From: an uncultured Bdellovibrionales bacterium
GTDB taxonomy: Bacteria > Bdellovibrionota_C > UBA2361 > OMII01
NCBI GenBank assembly: GCA_964654585.1
Contig: CAZZJR010000004.1
Coordinates: 13,157-71,485 of the forward strand
Length of the DNA stretch: 58,329 nt
Direction of reading: 5' to 3'
In this document: in pieces, positions 7,246 through 15,500 of the stretch
How the letters are laid out: each line of letters starts with the position of its first letter
Position numbering within the stretch: position 1 is the stretch's first letter
The notes under the pieces: model-generated
The model's database searches: none
Told to the model about the DNA's origin: nothing
The model's input: only the letters and a program-made list of their open reading frames with translations
Program-made: the position numbers and the translations under genes

Positions 7246-8193
7246 ATGGATCGGCAGCCGACCAACTCGCGGCAGGGGCCTGCGCAGCCAGAGATAAGCT
7301 CTCTAACGGTGGTTGTTTCGGCGGTCACTTCGACCGCTCCGCAACCTGTTTCTTTTGACACGCTTTCGGTGCCAGAGGTTGAGAGCGTCGAGCTTCCAGT
7401 TCAAGTTGGGTGTTTTGATTCAGCCGACGATGCCTTCGCGGCGACATTCGGCCTGCGTCGCGCCGAACTCTCCCCGGCGGAACGCGAGGTCCTTTCGGCG
7501 CTGCTCGGTGGCTTGAGGGAAGCCTGCCTCGCCCCAATAAGCCCCCTCTCAGCGGGTGATGTGCCGGAAGAGGAGTCGATAGCGCTTCCGCAGATACTGG
7601 TTCGGTGTAGCCCGGCGTTCAAGAACGAGGTCGGCGCTAGTGTGCTCTGGATAGAGAGTTCGTGTCCCGAGACAGGAGAAACGCTCCTTCCCGATATCGC
7701 TTGGCTAACCGAAGGATTGCCGGACGCGGTGATTGAGGCGCGAGGTGGCTGCGTTTGGGAGCGGTTCGGTCAAGGCAATGCTCGCCTCACGCTGGAGTTT
7801 GACCCGGACCGAGGAGGAGGCTTCTCGCTCCGGCCGTGGCTTGCGCCGGAATGCGCCGACGAGGCGCTGCGCCACATGACACTCTCTATCCGGACACACG
7901 GAGTAGTAGGACCCTCGGCCCTGCACCTGGTGCTCGTCGAAGGTGCAAGCTCGGTCCTGCGTGAAGCCGGAGTGCCGCTCCCAAGGGATCTTTCGACGGC
8001 CACCCTCACGCGCGAGATTGATCTGCGCCCCCTCAAGCTCTCGTGTACCACCCAGGGGAATACCTCGTACGAATTCGAGCTGTACCGCAGGGGCGGGCGG
8101 GCACGAGGCTCCTCGTTGCAGCTTTCAGCCTCGTTCGGCCTCACGTCGCTGAGCGGCTACGGTCTACAGACGCTCGTCGTGACGGAGAGCTAA
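7246..8193 (+). CDS. Hypothetical protein, 315 aa
   Basis: Long ORF 19 nt after the previous stop; no recognised motif. Confidence 0.65.
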   Translation: MDRQPTNSRQGPAQPEISSLTVVVSAVTSTAPQPVSFDTLSVPEVESVELPVQVGCFDSADDAFAATFGLRRAELSPAEREVLSALLGGLREACLAPISPLSAGDVPEEESIALPQILVRCSPAFKNEVGASVLWIESSCPETGETLLPDIAWLTEGLPDAVIEARGGCVWERFGQGNARLTLEFDPDRGGGFSLRPWLAPECADEALRHMTLSIRTHGVVGPSALHLVLVEGASSVLREAGVPLPRDLSTATLTREIDLRPLKLSCTTQGNTSYEFELYRRGGRARGSSLQLSASFGLTSLSGYGLQTLVVTES

Positions 8194-8202
8194 AGCGCCC
8201 GC

Positions 8203-9561
8203 TCACGACGGCGTTGCAAACGACTCGTCCACATCCACATCAACAATAATTTTTGACTCTACCAGGTAGCGGTAGAGGTGCTGGTTGACGTGTGCTAGCG
8301 AAAGATTGTCAGCGCGCACCATTCCGGCTGCCGGGAAGGAGATGCGGCTGGTGTCGAAGTTCACAAGCTCTAGGTACGAAGAGAAGAGCTTGGATTCTAC
8401 CGGGTACACGAGCAGGTGAACCTGCTGCTGAAAGAGGCGGGCGGAGGCTTCGAGCACTCCGCCACTGAGCAGGGCGTAGCGGTCATCCTCAAGCAGCAGC
8501 GGCAGGAGGGCAGAGCTGACCACAAAGCCGAAGGGCGAGGTCGAGTACCGGCGCAGGTACTGAGTCAGGTGAAAGAACTGCGAGTAGGTGCTAACCAAGA
8601 TATTGTGATGCTGCTTCGAGAGCTGCTCGACGACGTCAAGCACTTCATCATCAGTTGACTGTTGCGTGCGCAAGATGTTGTTGAGCGAGAGCTCAAGAAC
8701 GTAGGCAGCGTCTTTCTCTGCGCCCTCTCCGAAGGACTGGAGCTTGGCATTGCACTGCTGCGCTAGGTCAGGAAACATGTGGTGCAGGGCCCGGAAGGAG
8801 CCGCGCTCAAGCAGGATCGGGCGCTTGTGGAAGAACTCCGTTGGCGGAAGAGGCTGCTGGTCGGAGTCGAACAGGATAGCGTTGGCGAGCCCCTTGCGCA
8901 GCAGCGCGATGGTAACCAGTCGCGGGTCAAGCCCTGCGAAAAGCGGTCCGGAAAGCTCGACGTAGTCAACCTCTACTCTACCCCCAGCAAGGGAGTCGAG
9001 CAGGCTAGGGAGTAGGGCGTTGATGTCGTCGCTGAGGTAGAAGGCTCCGTAGGCGAGGTTGACTCCCAAGACACCTAAAGCTTCTGACTGCCGAACCGAG
9101 TCTTCGTCGGTCATGTTTACGTGCAGGAGTATCTGGCTTGGTTCGGCTTTGGGGCTACCCTGGAAGCGGATCCCCATCCATCCGTGGCTCTCGTTAGTTC
9201 CGGCGAAGTTTCGTGCGGATACCGTGTCGGCGATTGTAAAGAACCCGGTCTCAGCACCGCGTGAGGGTCCAAGCCGTTCGACCAGCAGACTGAACTCGTG
9301 TGAGAGCATCGAGATGAGGCGCTCTTTAGAGACGTAGCGAGAGGCTTTGCCGTAAATACTGTCGCTCACGAGCATGTCGTACGCTGACATAGACTTGGCG
9401 ATCGTGCCGGAGGCAGCACCGACACGGAAGAACCAGCTCGCGATCTCCTGCCCGGCTCCGATCTCTGCGATCGTGCCGTAGCGCTGCTGGTCGAGGTTTA
9501 TGTGGAGCGCCTTGTGGTGCGGGTCAAGTGTGTCTGTGTTTAGCTTCGGAGCTACCGTCAT
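8203..9561 (-). CDS. Conserved cytoplasmic protein of the nucleotidyltransferase-like family often labelled nicotinate-nucleotide adenylyltransferase or (wrongly) TonB-dependent receptor
   Basis: Family motifs KALHINLD...YGTIAEIGAGQE..WFFRVGAASGTIAKSMSAYDM..SD.IYG, FADTV-like TIADTVSARNF, HGWMGIRFQ, ERGSFR. ATG at 9561 chosen. Confidence 0.7.
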   Translation of the reverse strand: MTVAPKLNTDTLDPHHKALHINLDQQRYGTIAEIGAGQEIASWFFRVGAASGTIAKSMSAYDMLVSDSIYGKASRYVSKERLISMLSHEFSLLVERLGPSRGAETGFFTIADTVSARNFAGTNESHGWMGIRFQGSPKAEPSQILLHVNMTDEDSVRQSEALGVLGVNLAYGAFYLSDDINALLPSLLDSLAGGRVEVDYVELSGPLFAGLDPRLVTIALLRKGLANAILFDSDQQPLPPTEFFHKRPILLERGSFRALHHMFPDLAQQCNAKLQSFGEGAEKDAAYVLELSLNNILRTQQSTDDEVLDVVEQLSKQHHNILVSTYSQFFHLTQYLRRYSTSPFGFVVSSALLPLLLEDDRYALLSGGVLEASARLFQQQVHLLVYPVESKLFSSYLELVNFDTSRISFPAAGMVRADNLSLAHVNQHLYRYLVESKIIVDVDVDESFATPS

Positions 9562-9621
9562 GGCACGATCGTATCTGATGGAGCAACTTGACGGAACGGC
9601 AAAAGAGAGCACGAGAACGTG

Positions 9622-9963
9622 CTACTTCTTTTTCGGGGGCTCTGCTGACTCAATGAGGGAGGCGTCGATGACCATCTTAACCGCCTGCTCTACGATGGCG
9701 CGCTGGTTCTTTGGAATAACTCCCTGGGCGGCGAGCTTCTCAGCCTCCTCCGAGACGAGGCTCATCAGCTTGTCTCGCTGTTCGAGAGTGATGGACCCAA
9801 GCGCGCCAGCTCCTCCTACCCGTGAAACGCCGGACACGCCTTTGACAGACGTCGCACCTTTGACCTTCTCAACTTCGGATACTGACTCAGTGCCTTTGAC
9901 GCCCTTGGTCGACCCGGAGGAGCCGACTGCACCAACTTTCTTGTCGTCTTTATTTTTGCCCAT
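9622..9963 (-). CDS. Small protein with low-complexity N-terminus; FlgM-like anti-sigma candidate, 113 aa
   Basis: Immediately downstream of the FliA-like sigma gene on the same strand; G/V/K/S-rich N-half and helical C-half. The CDS is well supported; the function is inferred. Confidence 0.6.
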   Translation of the reverse strand: MGKNKDDKKVGAVGSSGSTKGVKGTESVSEVEKVKGATSVKGVSGVSRVGGAGALGSITLEQRDKLMSLVSEEAEKLAAQGVIPKNQRAIVEQAVKMVIDASLIESAEPPKKK

Positions 9964-9991
9964 CTGATGGCCTCGCTTCGCCGGTTATCTG

Positions 9992-10783
9992 TTATCCTGA
10001 TGCTTTCCGCAACGCGTCGGTGAATGGCCCCTTCGAGCCATCTCCCTTGAGCTTCGCCATGAGGGGCCTGAGACCAGGCCGGATCTTCGGCGTGGGCGCG
10101 GCTTTCCCCTGCGCCATGCTCTTCTGCAGGTACGCAATCAGAACTTTGTGCTCTCGCATCACGTTAAGTCCATCTGTCTCCCACTCGGTGGCGACGGTGC
10201 GCAGTGAGAGACCATCCCAGTACACCTTGTAGAGGAGCCACTGGTGCACCGGCTCAAGAGCCGCCATGACCCCCACCATGCGCCGGTAATCGATTAGGTC
10301 ATCGGGCAGCGGATCGCTCGAGACAGCTTGCCGAGTGGCAACGATGCTGGCTCCAACGAGGAGTTCCCTGACCGCTGCTCTCATGTCTGCGTCTTCGTTT
10401 CCAGAAGACTCTGAAACAGGCAGGCGCCCGTCGCGCATTTCCGGGAAGACTCCGTACAACTCTGCTGAGATCTCTCGTGCCTTAGCCTCTACCGCGGTTT
10501 TGCTCGCTGTGTTGCGGGTCCAGCCCTTAGATTTTCTGGCGGCATCCGTCGATGCCTCGTGAATTCGCTTGCGCGCGTACCCCTTAAATGGAATTCCGCG
10601 GGTAGGGTCGAAGCGGCGCGAACAGAAGATCAGCGCTTCCATCGCGGCGCCATCGAGACCATCCAGTCGCCAATCTAGACTCCATGCTCGCGCCACGCTG
10701 CGGGCGATACTTTCGGCCCAACCGTGGTGCTCTACGACCAGGTTGTTAGCTTCTTCTTCTGTTAGGGTTTTTCTCTCGGCCAC
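9992..10783 (-). CDS. Sigma-70 family RNA polymerase sigma factor, FliA/WhiG-like, 263 aa
   Basis: Region 2 (LVVEHHGWAESIA...RRFDPTRGIPFKGYARKRIHEASTDAARK) and a region-4-like segment (LEPVHQWLLYKVYWDGLSLRTVA). Confidence 0.8.
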   Translation of the reverse strand: MAERKTLTEEEANNLVVEHHGWAESIARSVARAWSLDWRLDGLDGAAMEALIFCSRRFDPTRGIPFKGYARKRIHEASTDAARKSKGWTRNTASKTAVEAKAREISAELYGVFPEMRDGRLPVSESSGNEDADMRAAVRELLVGASIVATRQAVSSDPLPDDLIDYRRMVGVMAALEPVHQWLLYKVYWDGLSLRTVATEWETDGLNVMREHKVLIAYLQKSMAQGKAAPTPKIRPGLRPLMAKLKGDGSKGPFTDALRKASG

Positions 10784-10798
10784 GTCCAGTCTCGAATC

Positions 10799-10825
10799 CT
10801 TTCGGCAGGCACTCTCGGTGGATTA
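10799..10825 (-). promoter_or_regulatory. Weak sigma28-like promoter candidate TAATCCAC-N11-GCCGAAAG
   Basis: Reverse-strand match with canonical spacing, just upstream of the FliA-like start; the -35 element matches only partly. Confidence 0.3.
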
Positions 10826-10858
10826 ACCACCGAGCTTCCTGCCCTCCCCCTACCATAA

Positions 10859-10887
10859 CTATCGGCAAGCACTGGCTAAAACCTTTA
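10859..10887 (-). promoter_or_regulatory. Sigma28-like promoter candidate TAAAGGTT-N13-GCCGATAG
   Basis: Near-consensus -35 and -10 elements on the minus strand about 75 nt upstream of the FliA-like gene; spacer 1-2 nt longer than canonical. Confidence 0.45.
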
Positions 10888-11058
10888 GTTGCCAGCAGTC
10901 ACTTACACCCAGGATAGCCCAGAAGCTAGCAGTTCCAAATACTTAACTTTTTCAGAAGCAGTTTTAGCACGGGGATGGATAAGGGGGAGAACGCCGTAGG
11001 AAAGCTAAAAACGCGGCGGAAAGGTTTTGTTTCTACTCAGAAAAACGAGGGCAGCACA

Positions 11059-11940
11059 ATGGGAGTGGCTTCAGTCAGAGAGATTTCGAAGAGAGAGAAG
11101 GCTCGCGCACGTGGTGGTGCTAAGGCAGCTACGCGTTCGTCGAAAGCAAAGCTGCGACTGGTAAAGCCGACGCTGAAGGGTGACGGGTCGCCAACACCGC
11201 TTCAGCAAGAGGCGCTCATCCTGAAATATCGGCTCAAGGCACGCAAACTCGGCCGCAGCATCCTGCGCCGCTGGCACGCCCGCATGGACCTCGACGAGGT
11301 AGACAGCCTAGTCGATCTCTCCCTGTGTGAAGCTGTAAAGCGCTTCAACCCGTCAAAGGGTGCAAGCTTTATGACCTTCCTGTTTTACCACCTAAAAGGC
11401 AACCTCGTTCGTTCGGTCGCCGCGGCGGCCGCTTCGGCATCTCTCCCGTCAAGCCTGCTCGCTGAGGGCGAGGGCACTCCACTCAGTGGAGACCTGATGG
11501 GCGAGCTGAGCCTGCGGGGCCTAAACTCGGCGGAGATCGCCGAGGCAATTTCAAGTCAGGACGCTCCGCAGCCAGATGAGGCGCTGTGGAAGAAGCAGCT
11601 TCACGGCCAGAGCTCACTGGCTTGCGAGAAGCTCGACGCCCTTGAGCAGGAGATCATAAAGCGCATCTTCATCCAGGAGCAGCAGATCATGGATATCGCA
11701 GCTTCCCTCGGATACAGCCGCTGCCACATCTCACGTGTCAAGAAGAAGGCTCTAGAGACGCTGTACGACGAGCTGCGTGGCGCGATGAACCAGGATGACC
11801 TTGGCCAGCGCCCGTCGTTCGACGATGATTCCGATGATGAGGTCGAGCAGCGGATCATGAACCGTAAAGCGATCCACCGCCGCCGGCCGCGCTCTCGCGC
11901 ATCGAAGCAGTCACCATTCGTTCCAGCTCGCGCCGCGTAA
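11059..11940 (+). CDS. Sigma-70 family sigma factor, SigB/F-like, 293 aa
   Basis: Region 2 (SLCEAVKRFNPSKGASFMTFLFYHLKG) and region 4 HTH (LEQEIIKRIFIQEQQIMDIAASLGYSRCHISRVKKKAL); basic N- and C-terminal tails. Start could be 10975. Confidence 0.85.
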   Translation: MGVASVREISKREKARARGGAKAATRSSKAKLRLVKPTLKGDGSPTPLQQEALILKYRLKARKLGRSILRRWHARMDLDEVDSLVDLSLCEAVKRFNPSKGASFMTFLFYHLKGNLVRSVAAAAASASLPSSLLAEGEGTPLSGDLMGELSLRGLNSAEIAEAISSQDAPQPDEALWKKQLHGQSSLACEKLDALEQEIIKRIFIQEQQIMDIAASLGYSRCHISRVKKKALETLYDELRGAMNQDDLGQRPSFDDDSDDEVEQRIMNRKAIHRRRPRSRASKQSPFVPARAA

Positions 11941-11970
11941 GGTATGCCCTCTCGAACCTGGTGCGCCCTC

Positions 11971-12663
11971 CTAGGGACGCGGCAGCCGTTTCTCGGTCGG
12001 AGACAGCTTAGGGATCGAGATAATGTGCCGCTCAATCTCGCTTCCGGGAATTCGCACCGTCAAGATACGGGGCGCCCCGCCCCCCAGAGCTTTTAACAGC
12101 TTCTCGTGCCCCTCCATCTCTTGCTCGTAACCAGCGCCCTTCAGCGCGACTGCAACGCCGCCGGGCTTTACAAGCGGGAGCATCCATTCAATGAGCACGG
12201 GGTAGGGAGCTACAGCCCGCGACGTGACGACGTCGTACCGCTCGCGGTGCGCGGGGTCGTGCGCGATCCTCTCAGCTCGCGCGTGGAGACCCGAGACGTT
12301 TTCGATTCCAGAGGAGGCTGCAGCCTCACTCGCAAAGCGCACCTTTTTGCCGGTGGAGTCCAGGAGCGTTACGCGGGCGTCGGGGCGTAAAGCGGCGATA
12401 GGAACTCCGGGAAAGCCCGCGCCTGTGCCGATGTCGATAATGGCGAGGTCTCGTGCGGTCGGGAGGGCAGGGAGAGCCGCCAACGAGTCTAAGAGGTGCA
12501 GCTTAACAAAATCGGCGCGAGCAATCCGGGTGAGGTTGAATGAGCGATTCGTCTCGTCAAGGAGTGCGAGGAAGCGCAGCAGAGCCGCTACCTGATCGGC
12601 GCTGGCCGGGACGCCGAGTTGCGCCAATCCACTGCTAAGCTCTCTCTGCTCTTCGCTGCTCAC
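11971..12663 (-). CDS. rsmG: 16S rRNA m7G527 methyltransferase RsmG (GidB)
   Basis: FNLTRI, HLLDSL, IDIGTGAGFPGVPIA, LLDSTGKKVRF, DVVTSRAVA motifs. Confidence 0.95.
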   Translation of the reverse strand: MSSEEQRELSSGLAQLGVPASADQVAALLRFLALLDETNRSFNLTRIARADFVKLHLLDSLAALPALPTARDLAIIDIGTGAGFPGVPIAALRPDARVTLLDSTGKKVRFASEAAASSGIENVSGLHARAERIAHDPAHRERYDVVTSRAVAPYPVLIEWMLPLVKPGGVAVALKGAGYEQEMEGHEKLLKALGGGAPRILTVRIPGSEIERHIISIPKLSPTEKRLPRP

Positions 12664-12866
12664 GTAAGCTCTCCGTTATCGCCAAAATTCCCCATACACC
12701 CGTTCAGAAAGTGAATCGTACACTGAAGAGGGCGGGATGAGAATGCCGCTGGGAAGAGTGCCCAACAAGTTTCCGATGTGGACGATGTGGTTGACGCAGG
12801 GTGAGGGGGCAGAGCGCGGTAGTTGGCTGGGCGATTTGGTAAAAGAGCTTGCGGCAGCAGCGGCGG

Positions 12867-13775
12867 CTACTCGACGCTCTGCGGTTCGACCGCTGCTTCT
12901 TCGGGTGAGTCTGGAAGCTTTGCCCAGGTCTGTAAACTCTCGCCAAGCTTCTCCTCGAAATCCTCTAGGGTCAGCCCGAACGCAGACTCGAAGGCGGTCG
13001 GGCTATCCACTCCTTTGCGTAGCGATGTGAGGTAATCTCCGATCCGTTCGAAGCCGAAGGCCTTGATCATAGCCTTAGAGGCGAGGAGAGATTGGGCATA
13101 TGCGGCTGGAACCATCGTCGGTTCCAGCTTAGTGAAGCCACCCTGCAATCGGCCGAGCGGCACCGGATTGTGGTGCTTGAGCCAGCTCTTGAGAGCTTTG
13201 CGCAGAGCGGGATGCTCTTGTCCCTCAGCCCACTGTGCGATGCCTTCATCGAGCCAGCCAGGAATCTGCCCCCCAGACATCGACGACAGGATTGCATGCG
13301 TGAACTCGTGCCGCACTGAGCGGTCGAGGTTGTCGATGTCGATCGGCTTGGTATTCGATAGCGGGATAATAATCTCTCCACGGAAGAACATGGCGTTAGT
13401 CCAGGTGGGTGCTCCTGTTAGCTCGTAGAAGGCGTCCTCATCCATCAGGCGGATGGCGGTGCTGAAGGCAGGAATTCGTTCAAAGCGGTCGGTGTACTCA
13501 TTGTGCGTTCGGTTGAGGGAGACCACCAGCTCCTCCGCGAGGTCGCTCCAGCGCGAGGGAGAGATAAGGGTGAGCTTGCTTCCATCTGCGAGGTCGAGCG
13601 GAGTAAAGCGCAGCGGGGAGTCCTCGTCGGTGGGGGCAATGAAGCGCGCCCGTTGGTCGGATGATTTGGGGTCGGCAGCCGCGATCCCCACGTACAGCAG
13701 GATGCCGACGGAGAGCGCTGAGAGTAGCGAACTCAAGGGTCCCTTTCTTAGTTCAGCCAGTGGCCTCTGCGGCAT
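12867..13775 (-). CDS. Exported zinc metallopeptidase with peptidase MA-like domain
   Basis: N-terminal hydrophobic helix; VRHEFTHA (HExxH) followed by PGWLDEGIAQW. Confidence 0.8.
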   Translation of the reverse strand: MPQRPLAELRKGPLSSLLSALSVGILLYVGIAAADPKSSDQRARFIAPTDEDSPLRFTPLDLADGSKLTLISPSRWSDLAEELVVSLNRTHNEYTDRFERIPAFSTAIRLMDEDAFYELTGAPTWTNAMFFRGEIIIPLSNTKPIDIDNLDRSVRHEFTHAILSSMSGGQIPGWLDEGIAQWAEGQEHPALRKALKSWLKHHNPVPLGRLQGGFTKLEPTMVPAAYAQSLLASKAMIKAFGFERIGDYLTSLRKGVDSPTAFESAFGLTLEDFEEKLGESLQTWAKLPDSPEEAAVEPQSVE

Positions 13776-13994
13776 GGCGGGTCCTCGTTGGTCAGTAACG
13801 CAAAAGGGGGAAGGAACGGCGGAGCAGCGGAAAAGTTAGGAGCCCTTCCCCTCAGAGGATCTTTCGGCACTTTCCCGGTCCAGCATGAGCGCGGAGTCGC
13901 CGCTTGAGGGCGCTCGAAACCGGCAATTTCTGCTCGTTTTGCGAATTTGTGCCGCTAACTAGGCAGGGAGACGGGCTCGGGGTCGGCTGTTTGC

Positions 13995-14024
13995 TTGTGA
14001 CAATCGTCGGATTTTCAGTATACT
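13995..14024 (+). promoter_or_regulatory. Sigma70-like promoter candidate TTGTGA-N18-TATACT
   Basis: Good -10 and plausible -35 about 120 nt upstream of the HesB/IscA gene. Confidence 0.4.
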
Positions 14025-14143
14025 GGGGAGGTTATTGGTGGTCCGGTCATAAAAGTCCTGGCGGCTAGAGGCACCCCGTGATTTTCCCCCATCAGTGGGG
14101 TGGAACGGCGAGCCTCGGGAAATCCAAACTGAGAGGAAGTGTT

Positions 14144-14572
14144 ATGGGTTCATGTGGAAGTTCATCTTGTGGTAGCGGCTGCGGTCCGAAGAATGTTGCT
14201 CCGGAGCAAACTCTAGAAGCTACTGAAGCGTTCACCGGCACAGATGAGAGGCCAGTTCTCTTCACCGCAGCGGCTGCGGATGCGGTTTCTAAGGCGCTGA
14301 AGGAAGAGGGCGAGCCGGGGGACTTCTTGCGAGTGTCAGTGGTTGGTGGCGGCTGCTCTGGTTACCAGTACGGGCTCGATTTCGATAAAGAAGAGCGGAT
14401 GGGCGACATCGCCATGGAGTTTGAGGGCGTGAAGGTCGTTGTTGACCCAGTGAGCGCTGGTTACCTACGTGGTACGGTTGTTGACTACGTGACTGGTCTT
14501 CACGGCACGGGTTTTCAGTTCAAGAACCCGAACGCGAAGCGCACCTGTGGTTGCGGTAGCTCGTTCAGCTAG
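14144..14572 (+). CDS. erpA: HesB/IscA/ErpA-family Fe-S cluster carrier protein, 142 aa
   Basis: GGGCSGYQY and FKNPNAKRTCGCGSSF motifs; ATG at 14144 after GAGGA. Subtype (ErpA vs IscA/SufA) uncertain. Confidence 0.9.
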   Translation: MGSCGSSSCGSGCGPKNVAPEQTLEATEAFTGTDERPVLFTAAAADAVSKALKEEGEPGDFLRVSVVGGGCSGYQYGLDFDKEERMGDIAMEFEGVKVVVDPVSAGYLRGTVVDYVTGLHGTGFQFKNPNAKRTCGCGSSFS

Positions 14573-14598
14573 ATCCGGGGCGTTGCGGCGCAAATAAG

Positions 14599-14634
14599 AA
14601 GCCGGCGTTGGGTCAGCCAACGTCGGCTTTTTTT
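14599..14634 (+). terminator. Intrinsic terminator after erpA
   Basis: AAGCCGGCGTTGG-GTCAG-CCAACGTCGGCTT stem running into a T tract. Confidence 0.85.
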
Positions 14635-14767
14635 ATGCTCGGGCTCCGAGCCGAGAAGAGAAACACAGTTACCTGACTGTGACGTGGCAGAACGGCTATC
14701 AAGCTTCTTGCCTGGCAGGCCGGGAAGCAGGAGACTGTCCCTTTCTCAGTACGTGACCAGGTGAACT

Positions 14768-15289
14768 ATGAGTAAGCCACGCCTGTTACCAGTGGTCGTT
14801 ATCTTCCAGATCAATATCCTTCAGCTCAATGCGTGCAGCATGGGGGTAAGTCCGAAGGGCTCGATCGCCGACGTGGTCGGAGCCTCTCAACATGGACTCG
14901 AGGTCGCCGCCACCACCGAGGACTTGGCGCGTAGCGAGGTCCTTCAGAGCCCGACCGACTTTGACGTTACGATCGAGCAAGATCGCTACGCATGGGAGCG
15001 AACGCACCTTTTCCTTGAGAGCTACGTCGATCCACAGCGCGCGCCGGTGCGGCCGATCACCAAGGTTGTTGGTTCGCGTTGGGGCCTAGCGAGCCCACCG
15101 GTGCACGGTGGCTACGTGTACGAGGTGTGGCGTGAGACAATACCTGACGGCTTTCACTACTCAGTGCGCTGCGTGGCTGCTCCCGAGGCATCAAAAGACC
15201 AGGCGGCGCTGAATGCGGGGAACCTTGCGCGCTTCATCCGCGATGGGAAGCTTGAAGTATCCCTACTCCCAGCCGTGGTAGCGAACTAA
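14768..15289 (+). CDS. Hypothetical protein, possible lipoprotein
   Basis: ATG start; N-terminal hydrophobic stretch ending in LNAC; typical codon usage. Confidence 0.65.
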   Translation: MSKPRLLPVVVIFQINILQLNACSMGVSPKGSIADVVGASQHGLEVAATTEDLARSEVLQSPTDFDVTIEQDRYAWERTHLFLESYVDPQRAPVRPITKVVGSRWGLASPPVHGGYVYEVWRETIPDGFHYSVRCVAAPEASKDQAALNAGNLARFIRDGKLEVSLLPAVVAN

Positions 15290-15425
15290 GCGCAAGGGTG
15301 CTTTGACTCCGGGCATCTGAGCTGCGGGCATCAAGGGCCTGCGAAAAACTACCAACTAGCCCATACCGTTGGTGCAACGTCTTGATACTAGGACGTTACT
15401 TTCTACTCTGAATAGGGTTCCCCAC

Positions 15426-15453
15426 TAAAGCCCGGCGCAAGTTGCGCCGATAG
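15426..15453 (+). promoter_or_regulatory. Sigma28-like promoter TAAAGCCC-N12-GCCGATAG upstream of the subtilase
   Basis: Close match to the TAAAGTTT-N11/12-GCCGATAA consensus, 47 nt upstream of the ATG, correct orientation. Confidence 0.6.
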
Positions 15454-15500
15454 ACTTTTCTGTAGATTCCAATTGGGAATCGGCAGCCGGGAAGAGCACT

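Noticed and set aside
8203-9561. TonB-dependent receptor label often attached to this family
   Set aside because: No signal peptide, plug or beta-barrel pattern; the sequence looks like a cytoplasmic alpha/beta protein.
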